A stretch of DNA of 64,000 nt from Longimicrobiales bacterium (GTDB taxonomy: Bacteria; Gemmatimonadota; Gemmatimonadetes; Longimicrobiales; Gaopeijiaceae). The stretch is taken from NCBI GenBank assembly GCA_965219445.1, contig CBDCNQ010000005.1:1568001-1632000 (forward strand), read 5' to 3'. The notes under the pieces are model-generated. The model had not been told where the DNA came from. It saw nothing but the letters and a program-made list of their open reading frames with translations, and searched no databases. Positions 1 to 10,640 of the stretch are shown here, piece after piece. A program made the position numbers and the translations under genes. Positions within the stretch are counted from its first letter, which is position 1. The number at the start of each line of letters is the position of its first letter.

Positions 1-134
1 ATGGTGAGCCTGTCCGATCTGGAGTTCACGGCTCGTCTGTTGGCTGCTTTCGTGTCGAGTCTCGCCGGAGACACAGACTTCACTCCGCGATGACACTAGG
101 ATAGGCTTGGCTTGGCCCCATTTCCTGAACCGGA

Positions 135-614
135 ATGATTCGAATGCTCGAACCGAACAATGTCTTGAGTGAGTTACACGAGCTGAGGAATAATGGATTT
201 CTCTCGGATGCACTCCTGCGCCGGGCCGTCAAGGACATCGCCGCGGCCGACGATCGGTTCGACTGGGTAGGCGTCTACCTCGTGAAGCCCGACGAGAACG
301 TGGTCTGGCTCCACAATTACGTCGGACGACCGACGCCGCACTCCAAGATCCCGGTCGGCGAGGGGGTATGCGGTGCAGCCATTGCGGAGGAGAAGAACTC
401 GAACGTCCCCGACGTGAGTGCGGTGGACGACTACATCGTGTGCGATCCGAGGGTCAAGTCTGAGATGGTCGTCCTGATACGCGGCCCCGATGACATCTTC
501 GGGCTGATCGATATCGACAGTAGGACGGCAGAGGCGTTCACAGACGAGGACAGCGCAGCCGTCCAGGTAGTGGCGGATATGCTCGCCGAACAGTTGGCCC
601 AGGAGCGAAACTGA
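135..614 (+). CDS. GAF-domain protein, free methionine-R-sulfoxide reductase (fRMsr/MsrC)-like
   Basis: Single GAF domain with DWVGVY, GEGVCG, YIVC, SEMVV and DIDS motifs typical of fRMsr. Confidence 0.7.
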   Translation: MIRMLEPNNVLSELHELRNNGFLSDALLRRAVKDIAAADDRFDWVGVYLVKPDENVVWLHNYVGRPTPHSKIPVGEGVCGAAIAEEKNSNVPDVSAVDDYIVCDPRVKSEMVVLIRGPDDIFGLIDIDSRTAEAFTDEDSAAVQVVADMLAEQLAQERN

Positions 615-678
615 CGGCCCACCCCGTCCACCGACGAAACGAGGCCGCCTAGCGTAGGGTGGGCACTTTCCCCGGGGG

Positions 679-2109
679 TTGGAGAACATATTGCCAGAGC
701 CGCTGACGAAGAAGCTGGGGGATCGCCTTCGAGGCGTTGTGGGAGACGCTTGGGTCATCGCCGACGCGGATCGTCTGCTGGCCTATGAGTCCGACGGGCT
801 GACCGCCTACCGCAGGACGCCGGGCGCGGTCGTCCTCCCTCAGAACACCGATGAAGTCAGCCGTGTGCTGGGCATCCTCTCACGAGAGGGCGTGCCCGTG
901 GTCCCGAGAGGCGCGGGAACAGGACTCTCTGGGGGGGCGCTGGCGGATGGTGAAGCGGTCGTCGTTGGCACGGCGCGGATGACCAGCATGCTCGAACTCG
1001 ATCCCGACAACCGACTGGCGCGGGTACAACCGGGGATGGTCAACGCGAATCTCACGACGGCCGCGGAGCCCTTTGGGCTTTACTACGCCCCCGATCCCTC
1101 ATCGCAGAGCGCCTGTACGTTGGGTGGGAACGTAGCAGAGAATTCGGGCGGGCCCCACTGTCTCAAATACGGCGTCACGTCGCGGTATGTGACGGGGCTC
1201 ACGGTCGTGACCTACGATGGGAACGTCGTAGAACTCGGCGGCTTCGGCAGGGAGCCCGGCGGATACGATCTACTGGGGTTGTTCGTCGGTTCCGAGGGAT
1301 GTTTCGGAATCGCTACCGAGATCGAGTTGCGGCTTCTTCCGAAGCCAGAGGGAGTGAGCACGCTCTTGGCGATCTTCGACCGATTGGGTGACGCGGGCAG
1401 TGCCGTGACGGAGATCATGGCTGAGGGTCTGATGCCGGCAGCTCTGGAAATCATCGATGGAGCCACCATTCGTGCGGTTGAGGCGAGCGTTTTCGCGGCG
1501 GGGTACCCGACCGACGCAGAGGCTGCTCTGGTGGTCGAATTCGACGGTGTCGAAGCGGGCCTGGCGGCCGATGCCGAACGGGCGGTGGTCCGGTGCCAGG
1601 AGGCCGGTGCCCGAGAGGTCCGAACGGCGGACTCCGCCGAGGAGAGGCTCGCACTCTGGAGAGGCCGAAAGAAGGCCTTCGGGGCCATGGGTCAGATCGC
1701 CACCGATCTGATGGTGCAGGACGGGACCGTTCCGCGGAGTAGGCTCACCGAGGTTCTCGGACGGATTTCCGAGATCGGCGTGCGCCACGATCTGATGATT
1801 GCCAACGTGTTTCATGCGGGGGACGGAAACCTCCATCCGAACATTCTGTTCGACCGGAGCAATGCTGAGGAGCTCAGCCGGGTCGATCGCGCATCGACGG
1901 AAATCATGGCGGTGTGCGTGGAGGCCGGAGGCACGATTACGGGAGAGCATGGCATCGGCGTGGACAAACGACGCTACATGAGCCTGGTGCATGGTCCGGA
2001 CGAGTTGGACACCATGCGGCGCGTCAAATCCGTCTTCGACCCGCTCGGGCGGATGAACCCCGGCAAGGTCCTTCCCGATCCACCCGACACCGGCGGAGCG
2101 GCCCTTTGA
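679..2109 (+). CDS. glcD: Glycolate oxidase FAD-linked subunit
   Basis: PRGAGTGLSGGA, PDPSSQSACTLGGNVAENSGG, HAGDGNLHP and GEHGIG motifs; first of three overlapping genes. Confidence 0.9.
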   Translation: MENILPEPLTKKLGDRLRGVVGDAWVIADADRLLAYESDGLTAYRRTPGAVVLPQNTDEVSRVLGILSREGVPVVPRGAGTGLSGGALADGEAVVVGTARMTSMLELDPDNRLARVQPGMVNANLTTAAEPFGLYYAPDPSSQSACTLGGNVAENSGGPHCLKYGVTSRYVTGLTVVTYDGNVVELGGFGREPGGYDLLGLFVGSEGCFGIATEIELRLLPKPEGVSTLLAIFDRLGDAGSAVTEIMAEGLMPAALEIIDGATIRAVEASVFAAGYPTDAEAALVVEFDGVEAGLAADAERAVVRCQEAGAREVRTADSAEERLALWRGRKKAFGAMGQIATDLMVQDGTVPRSRLTEVLGRISEIGVRHDLMIANVFHAGDGNLHPNILFDRSNAEELSRVDRASTEIMAVCVEAGGTITGEHGIGVDKRRYMSLVHGPDELDTMRRVKSVFDPLGRMNPGKVLPDPPDTGGAAL

Positions 2110-3425
2110 ATCCATTGGCCGGGCTCCTGTCAAAACGGTTATCCGAGGCGCAGGTGGTCGAGGGCTTCGAAACCGAGCGCTGGGCCGTGTGTGGGCGGGT
2201 TCCGCAGGCCGTCGTTTTTCCAGAAAGCGAAGAGCAAGTGGCCCAGGTCCTCTCGCTGTCCAGTGGGGAAGGCTGGCGGTGCGTTCCGGGTGGACGAGGA
2301 AGTTGGTTGAACGGAGGGCAGCCTCCTCAGAGCGTCGACGTACTCGTGAGCTCCGAGAGAATGAATGAAGTCTCGGCCTACGAGCCTGCCGACCTATACA
2401 TCGAGGCCCAGGCGGGAGCCGACTTGGACACACTGGCGCGCCGTACGACCGAGTGCCGGCAGTGGCTTGCACTCGATCCACCGGGTGGAGGCCGGGGTAC
2501 GCTCGGAGCCATGTTGGCGGTGGGGACCGCCGGACCGCTCCAGGCAGGCTACGGATCCCCCCGGGATCAGGTGTTGGGGGCCACGCTGGTAACCGGGGAC
2601 GGGCGAGTGCTCGGCCTCGGCGGAAGGGTGGTAAAGAACGTCGCGGGCTTCGATCTGCTCAAGCTGATCACGGGCAGCTGGGGTACATTGGGGATGATCA
2701 CGAGCGCGACCATGCGGCTGCACCCAGTCCCGGCGATGGATCGATCGCTTCTGTTCAAGGGTGACGATGTGGGGGACGTCGCCGCGCTGGCGTCCCACCT
2801 TGCCCAAACGCCGCTCTCGCTCGCGGCGGTCGAGCTGTTGGTGCCCGGGGATGGGGAGTCGGGAGGAGCTGCAGGTGCGTCGAGCCCGTTGGTCGCCGTC
2901 CGGATCTTGGAGTCGGTGGACGCGGCGGACGAGACCGAGCGTGTCGTGTCTGAGCGTGCGGGCATGCCGCCTTTTCAGCGGCTGGACGGAGAGAAATCTG
3001 CGGCGATTTTCGACAATGTGAGGGCCATGGAGGATGGTGCTGAACTCGTATTGCGTCTGAGCCTTCTTCCGACCCGGCTTCCGGAGTTGGTCGAGATGAC
3101 TTCTCGACTGAGCAGTCTATTCGATTCGAAGGCGGGCTGGGGGATGCGACTGGCGGCCCACGCCCATACCGGTGTGCTCAGGGTGATGATCGCGAGGGTG
3201 AGCCGGTCGGACGGATGGGCCGAGCGGGCCACGGCTGCTCTGGTGGACCTGCGGAGCTCCCTCGAGCCCGAGGGTGGAAGCCTGGTGATCTCTCAGGGTC
3301 CGCCGGAAGTCGTGGGTGCCATGGGTGCATGGGGTGAGTCGGGTGCGACGGCTCTGTTCACAGCGGGGATCCAGGCGGCGTTCGATCCCGCTTCGACTCT
3401 CTCACGGGGACGATCGCCGCAGTGA
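2106..3425 (+). CDS. glcE: Glycolate oxidase FAD-binding subunit
   Basis: GGRVVKNVAGFDL and GSWGTLG motifs; TTG start at 2106 overlapping the glcD stop, chosen over the ORF-track start at 1914. Confidence 0.85.
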   Translation: MNPLAGLLSKRLSEAQVVEGFETERWAVCGRVPQAVVFPESEEQVAQVLSLSSGEGWRCVPGGRGSWLNGGQPPQSVDVLVSSERMNEVSAYEPADLYIEAQAGADLDTLARRTTECRQWLALDPPGGGRGTLGAMLAVGTAGPLQAGYGSPRDQVLGATLVTGDGRVLGLGGRVVKNVAGFDLLKLITGSWGTLGMITSATMRLHPVPAMDRSLLFKGDDVGDVAALASHLAQTPLSLAAVELLVPGDGESGGAAGASSPLVAVRILESVDAADETERVVSERAGMPPFQRLDGEKSAAIFDNVRAMEDGAELVLRLSLLPTRLPELVEMTSRLSSLFDSKAGWGMRLAAHAHTGVLRVMIARVSRSDGWAERATAALVDLRSSLEPEGGSLVISQGPPEVVGAMGAWGESGATALFTAGIQAAFDPASTLSRGRSPQ

Positions 3426-4774
3426 AACGGCGCCCTGAAACTGCCCTGGCTGCCGCGCTCTGGGCGCAGGAAGACCGGCTTATGCCGTGTGTGCACTGCG
3501 GCTTCTGCTTACCGGCGTGCCCCACTTATGTCCGCTTGGGAGACGAAAACGACTCCCCCCGCGGCCGGCTCCACCTCATGCGTGCCGTGGTCGAGGGCCG
3601 GCTGAGTCCGGAGTCCGGAGCGTTTCAGACACATATCGACCGGTGCTTGGGATGCCGCGCATGTGAGCCCGTGTGTCCTTCCAGCGTTGCGTACGGCGTC
3701 CTGCTCGAGGCCGCCCGGGAATCCGTCTACCGGGCTCGAAAAACGCCCTTTGCCGTCCGGATGCTCCTAGCGGTCTTTTCGAGCCGTGGATGGACGCATT
3801 GGAGCATGCGTCTGGCGAGGGTTCTGCGAGGACTGGGCTTCGCCGGAATGACCGCGAAATGGATTCCAGCGACCCGCTTTCTCCACCCGATCCGCTTTGG
3901 CCTCGCGATGCTCGGAGCGAGCCGGGAACCACGGCTCCCCCTCGTCCCGCCCTCAGGTGCGGGAGCCCCGAGCATATCGGGGGTCGCGCCATCGGACGAC
4001 GCCCCACTTCCGGGGGTGGGTGATCGGGGACGGGTGGCCATCCTTCGGGGCTGCGTCCAGGAGGGTCTGTTCGCGAGGGTGAACGACGCCACAGAGAGGG
4101 TCCTTCGGGCCAACGGCTACGAGGTGATCGAAGTAAGCGGACAGGGCTGTTGTGGTGCCCTGCACACCCACGCGGGGGATGCGGTAGGGGCTCGGGCGCT
4201 GGCGCGTGCAAACGTTCAGGCTCTGGCATCGGCGGAGATCGACTTCGTTGCGGTGAACGCGGCCGGTTGTGGCGCTGCACTCAAGGAGTACGGTCATCTT
4301 CTCGTGGCCGACGCGGTTTACCGCGAATCGGCCGCAGCCCTAGCGGCTTCGACTCGTGATGTCTCGGAGCTCCTAGCCGGGGACACCCTACGGGTGGGTG
4401 CACCGGTGCAGGCTCGGGTCACGTACGATGCTGCCTGCCATCTATGCCACGCACAGGGTGTGCGGCAGGAGCCCCATGCTGTGCTCGGGGCGATTCCGGA
4501 GCTCGTCGTCCTGCCACTTCGGGACGAGGAGGAGTGTTGCGGTGGGGCCGGTATCTATGGGATCACCCATGCCGAGCTGGGAGCGGACATCGGTGCCGAC
4601 AAGGTGTCCGCGGTTGTGGCCACAGGGGCTGAGATCGTCGCGACCGGAAATCCCGGCTGCATGATGCAGATCGGCGCTGGGCTCCTGTTGGAGGGATCGG
4701 ACATCATAGCGCGTCACCCCGTGGAGCTGTTGGACGAGAGTTATCGGAGGGCCGGCCTCTATGACGGACCTTGA
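3422..4774 (+). CDS. glcF: Glycolate oxidase Fe-S subunit
   Basis: Two CxxCxxCxxxCP ferredoxin motifs and two CCG domains (CCGAL, CCGGAG). Confidence 0.88.
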   Translation: MKRRPETALAAALWAQEDRLMPCVHCGFCLPACPTYVRLGDENDSPRGRLHLMRAVVEGRLSPESGAFQTHIDRCLGCRACEPVCPSSVAYGVLLEAARESVYRARKTPFAVRMLLAVFSSRGWTHWSMRLARVLRGLGFAGMTAKWIPATRFLHPIRFGLAMLGASREPRLPLVPPSGAGAPSISGVAPSDDAPLPGVGDRGRVAILRGCVQEGLFARVNDATERVLRANGYEVIEVSGQGCCGALHTHAGDAVGARALARANVQALASAEIDFVAVNAAGCGAALKEYGHLLVADAVYRESAAALAASTRDVSELLAGDTLRVGAPVQARVTYDAACHLCHAQGVRQEPHAVLGAIPELVVLPLRDEEECCGGAGIYGITHAELGADIGADKVSAVVATGAEIVATGNPGCMMQIGAGLLLEGSDIIARHPVELLDESYRRAGLYDGP

Positions 4775-5951
4775 GGTCGCGGGCCTCGGGAACTTCCTTG
4801 CCGAGCGGAGAGAGGACATCATCTCGCTGCTCATGGGATTGGCCAATCTGGAGTCCCCCTCCTCGGTGCCCGAGTCCCAACAAGCCATTCAGGAGCTTCT
4901 GACTCGGCGGCTCGAGGCCATCGGCTTCGTAGGCCAGCTCTTCCCCGGCGAGAAGACGGGCGGGCACCTCTACCTGTCGCCGCAAGAAACACCCACCGAG
5001 GTGGGTCATGCGGCCGAGGGAGCGCCGGTCCAACTTCTGCTCGGGCACACGGACACGGTTTGGCCGATCGGTACCGTGTACGACATGCCCGTGGAGTGGG
5101 AAGAGGGGAAGGACCTCATCCGGGGTCCAGGAGTCTTCGACATGAAGGCAGGCATCGTCCAGATGGTGTTCGCCCTCGAGGCCCTCTCCGAACTCGGGCT
5201 CGAGCCGAGCGTTGTTCCCACGATCTTTCTGAACTCCGACGAGGAGATCGGCAGCCCCGAATCACAAGGTCATATCGAGCGACTGGCCCAGACCTCGAAT
5301 AGGGTTCTCGTGCTGGAGCCGGCCCTCGGTGACGAGGGTCTGATCAAGACGACCCGACGGGGCGTGGCGCGCTTCGAGATTCGGGTCGTTGGCCGAGCCT
5401 CGCATTCTGGTCTGGCACGCGAGGAGGGGGCGAGTGCGATCCAGGAGATGGCCCTCGTCATCCAGGCCCTTCATACGTTAACCGACCCGGAGCGAGGCAT
5501 CGCGGTCAACGTGGGAACGGTTTCGGGCGGCACGGGCGTAAACGTCGTTGCCGCCGAGTGCCGTGCCAGCGTGGACGTGAGAGTAGCCACGCTCGCCGAC
5601 GGTCGGTGGATCAAGGATCTCATTCTTGGTCTGGAGGCGACCACGCCAGGTACTCGGTTGGAGATCGATGTGCCGCTCGACCGCGGTCCAATGGAGGCCA
5701 CACCTCGAAACCGGATTCTGTGGGAAGCCGTTCAGGGGTGCGGTAGGCGCCTGGGGCTCGAATTGGAGGATGCCGAGTCCGGTGGCGCGTCGGATGGAAA
5801 TACGACGAGTCTCTTTACGGCGACGGTGGATGGATTGGGCGCCGTGGGGCATGGTGCCCACGCCCATCACGAGCACGTTCGTGTGAGCGAGCTTCTGGAA
5901 AGAACGACACTTTTAGCCCTCATTCTCATGATGCCCGCACTCGAGGGGTGA
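4761..5951 (+). CDS. M20 family metallopeptidase (carboxypeptidase G2-like; possible N-acyl-amino acid amidohydrolase)
   Basis: GHTDTVW, GPGVFDMKAG, DEEIGS, GGASDGN and GAH motifs. Confidence 0.85.
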   Translation: MTDLEVAGLGNFLAERREDIISLLMGLANLESPSSVPESQQAIQELLTRRLEAIGFVGQLFPGEKTGGHLYLSPQETPTEVGHAAEGAPVQLLLGHTDTVWPIGTVYDMPVEWEEGKDLIRGPGVFDMKAGIVQMVFALEALSELGLEPSVVPTIFLNSDEEIGSPESQGHIERLAQTSNRVLVLEPALGDEGLIKTTRRGVARFEIRVVGRASHSGLAREEGASAIQEMALVIQALHTLTDPERGIAVNVGTVSGGTGVNVVAAECRASVDVRVATLADGRWIKDLILGLEATTPGTRLEIDVPLDRGPMEATPRNRILWEAVQGCGRRLGLELEDAESGGASDGNTTSLFTATVDGLGAVGHGAHAHHEHVRVSELLERTTLLALILMMPALEG

Positions 5952-5986
5952 GGGGGTGACTCGTTCTTGCGGCTCAGGGCGAGCCA

Positions 5987-6940
5987 CTAGGAAGGGATCC
6001 GCTCACGGTACCGGTCCATGAAGCCCACGAGCGCTTCTAAGAACTCCGGGCGGCAGGACTCAAGAAACGCCATGTGGTCCCCACCCGGCACCTCGAGTGA
6101 TTCCCGGTCGGCCGTTCCTAGAGCCTGAAACAGCGAGGCACGCTGCTCAGGCGTCGCGATGGGATCGAACTCGGCGTGAAGAAGGAGGGTGGGCACTCGC
6201 ACCTGCGTAGGATCAAGCTCGTCCCACTCGCTCGCCCCGCGCCAATCCACGCGCACGGGGTCCGCGTCCATCGCCGCCTTCACATATGCGTCCACGGCGA
6301 CCTGGCTGATTGAGCCTGGCGTGATGAAATCGCTCGCGGCGACGGCGGCACCGTTTGGGGCCGCGGCGGGCGGAGTATCCCCTTCGCCATCCGCCAGAGG
6401 AGCTCCAGCGAACGTCGAGGAGTAGCCGAAGAAGACAAGGGACGAAACCAACTCCGGCCAGCGTTGGACCGTGAGCTGAGCCACCTTCGAGCCCCGGGAC
6501 CAACCGAGAAGCGTGGGTCTCGGGAGGCCCTCGGTGAGGAGTCCCACATATTCCAGCACCGCTTCCAGGTCTCTTGCGGCGCGATCGGGGTTCAACCATC
6601 CGGTCTCGTCTCGGGGTGTTTCGCCGTAGCCTCTGAAATCAGGAGCGAACACCGCGTACCCCGCCTCGACCAGCCCGTCCATCAGCGACAGGTCCTCACC
6701 TGGCACCTGCAGATCGAAGTTGGGACGCGCGCTCCAGGTGCGGCCGTGCAGTAGGACGATCGCCCCCCGGGCGTGAGACGGGCTCTTCTCCCAAACGGCG
6801 ATGGGGTGCCCATCAGCGTCGACGTTATGCCTTTTAATCATCTTTCCGGTGGTAGCGGTGATGTTGCGATTCCGAGGCAAGCTGGTCTCAAGCCGCGGAG
6901 TGCCGCAAGTTTCGATGCCGATTCCGACGCCGGAGGCCAC
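5987..6940 (-). CDS. Alpha/beta hydrolase
   Basis: LLHG, DFRGYG, GWSRG nucleophile elbow, Asp (EFDPI) and His (GDHMA); the true start may be ~100 nt downstream. Confidence 0.8.
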   Translation of the reverse strand: MASGVGIGIETCGTPRLETSLPRNRNITATTGKMIKRHNVDADGHPIAVWEKSPSHARGAIVLLHGRTWSARPNFDLQVPGEDLSLMDGLVEAGYAVFAPDFRGYGETPRDETGWLNPDRAARDLEAVLEYVGLLTEGLPRPTLLGWSRGSKVAQLTVQRWPELVSSLVFFGYSSTFAGAPLADGEGDTPPAAAPNGAAVAASDFITPGSISQVAVDAYVKAAMDADPVRVDWRGASEWDELDPTQVRVPTLLLHAEFDPIATPEQRASLFQALGTADRESLEVPGGDHMAFLESCRPEFLEALVGFMDRYRERIPS

Positions 6941-6993
6941 ATGGTGGATGTCCAGCGCCGACCGGCCGCTGATGCCCTTCCAGGAGTACCCTC

Positions 6994-7824
6994 GTGGGTT
7001 CCCATTTCACGATCCGCCCGTTCGTCTCCATTGAGGAGTTCAAGGAGTGCGTCGGCTTTCAAGAGGAGACGTGGGGTGAAGGCTTCTCCGATCGTGTGGC
7101 GGTAGCGATCCTCAAGGTGAGCCAGCGGCTCGGCGGGATCGCGGCCGGCGCCTATGACGCCGAGGGTCGTCTGGCAGGGTTCGTGTTCGGCATGACAGGG
7201 GTACAAGAGGGACGGGTCGTCCATTGGTCCGACATGCTCGCGGTACGTCCAGAGTTCCAGGACGCGGGGCTCGGGACCCGCCTCAAGGCCTACCAGCGGG
7301 AGGAACTCCTTTCCAGGGGCGTTACACGCATGCACTGGACGTTCGATCCCCTCGAGGCCAAGAACGCACATCTCAATCTCAACAAGCTCGGGGCCGTGGC
7401 AGGCGAGTATGTCCAGGACATGTACGGCCGGACCCGCTCCCCGCTCCACCGGGGCATCGGGACCGACCGACTCGTCCCGACTTGGGCCATGGACTCTCCG
7501 CGAGTGAACGACCGGCTCGTGGAGGGGCGATCCGGCCCCGACCCCGGTGCCGACCAGGGTGCAAAGCGGACGTTCGCGGTCCAGCGAGAGGGGGATTTGG
7601 ACCTCCCGGGAGAGCCGGATCTGGCCATCGATGCTGATCGGCTGCTGGTTCCGATTCCAGACTCGATCCAGGCGCTCAAGGACGCCTCGCTCGAGGCTGC
7701 GGTGCGTTGGCGAACCGTCACGCGCTCGGTCCTGCCGACGTACCTGGAGCGAGGCTTCGAGGCGCGCGAGTTTTACAAGCGGGACGGGTGGGGTGAGTAC
7801 CTACTCGTTTCCGAGCGATCCTAA
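6994..7824 (+). CDS. GNAT family N-acyltransferase (putative N-succinyltransferase partner of NSAR)
   Basis: HWSDMLAVRPEFQDAGLG and WTFDPLEAKNAHLNLNKLG motifs; AGGAG before the GTG; adjacent to OSBS/NSAR. Confidence 0.8.
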   Translation: MGSHFTIRPFVSIEEFKECVGFQEETWGEGFSDRVAVAILKVSQRLGGIAAGAYDAEGRLAGFVFGMTGVQEGRVVHWSDMLAVRPEFQDAGLGTRLKAYQREELLSRGVTRMHWTFDPLEAKNAHLNLNKLGAVAGEYVQDMYGRTRSPLHRGIGTDRLVPTWAMDSPRVNDRLVEGRSGPDPGADQGAKRTFAVQREGDLDLPGEPDLAIDADRLLVPIPDSIQALKDASLEAAVRWRTVTRSVLPTYLERGFEAREFYKRDGWGEYLLVSERS

Positions 7825-7876
7825 GTCGCCACCGGAGCTGCCGAATCGCAGCCGGCTCTCCCGGGGAGAGGATCAC

Positions 7877-8977
7877 GTGAAGATCGACCGTGTCGAAATA
7901 CGCGAAATCCGAATGCAGCTCCGGGAGCCATTCGAGATCTCGAGCGGCGTGTCCCACGACCGGCGCGTGCTCCTCGTGACGCTGCACTCCGGAGGGATCA
8001 CGGCCTGGGGAGAATGCGTGGCCAGCGAGACACCCGCCTATTCGTACGAGACCACCGAAACGGCATGGTCGATCCTTACGGACCTGATCCTCCCGAGGGT
8101 ATCGGGCTCAGTGATGGACTCGTCCGCTGATCTTCTCAACGTTTTTGAGGGCATTCGTGGCCACCCCATGGCCAAAGCGGCGGTGGAGATGGCCGCATGG
8201 GACCTAGAGGCGAAAGCGGGTGGCGGATCGTTGGCTTCACTGGTCGGGGGTGTGCGTAACTCCGTTCCGGTGGGCGTCAGCATCGGGCTTCAGCGGACCG
8301 ATGATGAGTTGCACCGCAAGGTTGCCGACTACATCGAGGAGGGGTATGCGCGCATCAAAATCAAGATCAAACCGGGGCGGGACGTCGGGATGCTTCGAGG
8401 GCTACGAGAACGGTTTCCGGACGTTTCACTCATGGCGGATGCCAACTCGGCTTATTCGCTCGAGGATCTGCCCCTCCTGAGGGAATTGGACGAGCTCGAT
8501 CTCATGATGGTCGAGCAACCGCTCGCACATGACGACTACCTCGATCACGCCCGCCTCCAGGGTGAAATGGAGACTCCCATCTGTCTGGACGAGTCCATAC
8601 GATCGGTCCGGGACGCCGCCCTGGCCCTCGAGCTCGGGGCCTGCCGGATCATCAACATCAAGCCGGGCCGCGTGGGCGGCCTCTCCGCCGCGAAGGCCAT
8701 CCACGACCTGTGCGTCGACCACGAGTTAGCTGTCTGGTGCGGGGGGATGCTTGAGTCGGGAGTCGGACGAGCCCACAACGTCGCCTTAGCCTCCCTCCCC
8801 GGATTCACACTCCCCGGGGATATTTCCGCTAGCAAACGCTATTGGAGCGAGGACATCGTGACGCCGGAGTTCGTGCTGGACGGGGGCGCGCTTATCGTCC
8901 CGTCCGGACCCGGTATTGGCGTGGAGGTGAGGGAGGATCTTGTCGACACATGGGCCGTGAGACAGGCCGACTTCTAG
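7877..8977 (+). CDS. menC: o-succinylbenzoate synthase / N-succinylamino acid racemase (enolase superfamily)
   Basis: KIKIK, DAN, EQP, LDES, NIKPGRVGGL, WCGGMLESG and PGDIS motifs; GTG at 7877 after GGAGAG. Confidence 0.85.
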   Translation: MKIDRVEIREIRMQLREPFEISSGVSHDRRVLLVTLHSGGITAWGECVASETPAYSYETTETAWSILTDLILPRVSGSVMDSSADLLNVFEGIRGHPMAKAAVEMAAWDLEAKAGGGSLASLVGGVRNSVPVGVSIGLQRTDDELHRKVADYIEEGYARIKIKIKPGRDVGMLRGLRERFPDVSLMADANSAYSLEDLPLLRELDELDLMMVEQPLAHDDYLDHARLQGEMETPICLDESIRSVRDAALALELGACRIINIKPGRVGGLSAAKAIHDLCVDHELAVWCGGMLESGVGRAHNVALASLPGFTLPGDISASKRYWSEDIVTPEFVLDGGALIVPSGPGIGVEVREDLVDTWAVRQADF

Positions 8978-9142
8978 GGGGATCGTGTAGCGGGATCCTG
9001 GGCTTTCTGGGCGGGCATCCCCCGGTATGACGGTCGTCTGCGCCGAGACGTCCTCCACTAAATCGTTGAATCTTTCGCGGACGTGTCGAGGATTAGATAA
9101 GAGACCTGGTGGGAGACCTCGAACAAGAAAAAGGAGCGAGTC

Positions 9143-9850
9143 ATGATTTTGCCCACGATTCGCGCCTCTCTGAGTCGAAATGACGCACAGCAGCTGGTAC
9201 GCCTTTTAGGCCGAACAGACTCGGAGCTGGCGGAGGCCGCACGGCTCCGTCTCGAGGAGAGTGGGATCGGGAGTCTACTGGACGACCCGAGAATCCAGAA
9301 CGCGTTGCTCGCCGACGCCGACGTGTCGGTTCCCCCCCCGATCATTTTCTACGTGCTTGTGCGGCAGGCTCTGCTGGAGGGAGGGATCGATGATGAGGAC
9401 ACCTCCGACTACGTCGCATCGATGCTGGTCTCGTTTGGTCGGGCTCGGCGCGCCTATCGAATCTCTGGGGAAGAAGAGAGCGAATTCCACTATCTGACAG
9501 ATATCGTATCGGAGCTGCGGAGCGCCGATGGCCGGCGGCGTTTCCTCTTGCGCGTACACATGGGCGACTTTGCGCTCTGGATGTCGGGACTGTTCCCGGA
9601 CTATCTCGAGGCCAGGACCCGCCGGAAGGGGGCACCGCCCATTACCTATTTCGAGGAGTGGGGAGCCACCGGCTACCTCGGTGCTTCGGAGAGTCTCGAG
9701 GCCGGCGAACTCGGGCTGGACATCGTCCTGAGGGATGTGGCGAATCAATTCAGCGCGGTTCGTACGGCACTCAATCGGATCTCCGATCGGCACTTTTGGC
9801 CGGGATCGGGCGACCCGGTCGGCCGTCTTCTTAGAGAAATCTCCAGGTAG
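9143..9850 (+). CDS. Conserved hypothetical protein
   Basis: AGGAG RBS, protein-like composition (HMGDFALWMSGLFPD); no family recognised. Confidence 0.65.
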   Translation: MILPTIRASLSRNDAQQLVRLLGRTDSELAEAARLRLEESGIGSLLDDPRIQNALLADADVSVPPPIIFYVLVRQALLEGGIDDEDTSDYVASMLVSFGRARRAYRISGEEESEFHYLTDIVSELRSADGRRRFLLRVHMGDFALWMSGLFPDYLEARTRRKGAPPITYFEEWGATGYLGASESLEAGELGLDIVLRDVANQFSAVRTALNRISDRHFWPGSGDPVGRLLREISR

Positions 9851-9902
9851 TAGCGTCCCTCGGACCCTGGCTTCCTTTGGAATAGGGTGGGGCAGGAGAT
9901 AA

Positions 9903-10640
9903 TCAACCTGGTGCTCTCGGGCGGCGGGGCGAGCCGGTGAGCTCCGAGAGGGTGACGACGCTACCCCGAGAGGCCCACCGGCCGAGCGTAACCTCCTCGT
10001 CTTCGAGGCCCAAGCCCCACGTCGCGTCTCGGACCGCCGTGACCCGGTATCCCCTCTCCTGCATCCCGTCCACGGCTTGGGTGACGCAGACATCCCGAGC
10101 CACACCGATGACCACGAGCTCCATCTGGACTTTCACCTCGTCTGCGAGAGTGGCCAGGAAGGTTTCGGTGGCGGTGTTGCCCTCGAAGACCTCGAAGCGG
10201 TTCTTCTGGATGAAGACCGATCGCCCACGGTGGATCGCCTCTCGGGCTGTCGCGGCGGCCTCCGCTCCGGTGGCACTCATGGGCAGGACCAGTGGATCGG
10301 TCGGCCGAACGACCCCTATGAGCTCGGCTCCAGCTCGTTGGTCCGGATCGTCAGACCGGCCCATGCAGTGAGGCGGATAGGTGCCCGCCTGAGGGTTTGG
10401 AGCGTGAGGATCGATCTCGGCGTCGTCGAGGGCGTGCCAATCCCCCGTATAGACGATGACGGTACAGTTCTCACGCATCCACGCCACCGCGTCCCCAAGG
10501 GTCGCGACGATGGAGGTGGCCCCGGGGTCGGAGGCGTCGCTCAGGTCGCGCACGTAGAGGCGGCCATCGGGCTCCATAAAGTCTCTCTGGACGTCTACTA
10601 CCCACCCGATCCGCATGACCGTGCCGGCGCTCGAGGTCAT
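9903..10640 (-). CDS. Nicotinamidase / isochorismatase family cysteine hydrolase
   Basis: VDVQRDF, DWH, PPHC and GVARDVCV motifs; overlaps the phosphoribosyltransferase stop. Confidence 0.8.
   Translation of the reverse strand: MTSSAGTVMRIGWVVDVQRDFMEPDGRLYVRDLSDASDPGATSIVATLGDAVAWMRENCTVIVYTGDWHALDDAEIDPHAPNPQAGTYPPHCMGRSDDPDQRAGAELIGVVRPTDPLVLPMSATGAEAAATAREAIHRGRSVFIQKNRFEVFEGNTATETFLATLADEVKVQMELVVIGVARDVCVTQAVDGMQERGYRVTAVRDATWGLGLEDEEVTLGRWASRGSVVTLSELTGSPRRPRAPG

Noticed and set aside
7877..8977. Menaquinone biosynthesis operon
   Set aside because: No other men genes nearby; the neighbours fit the racemase pathway better
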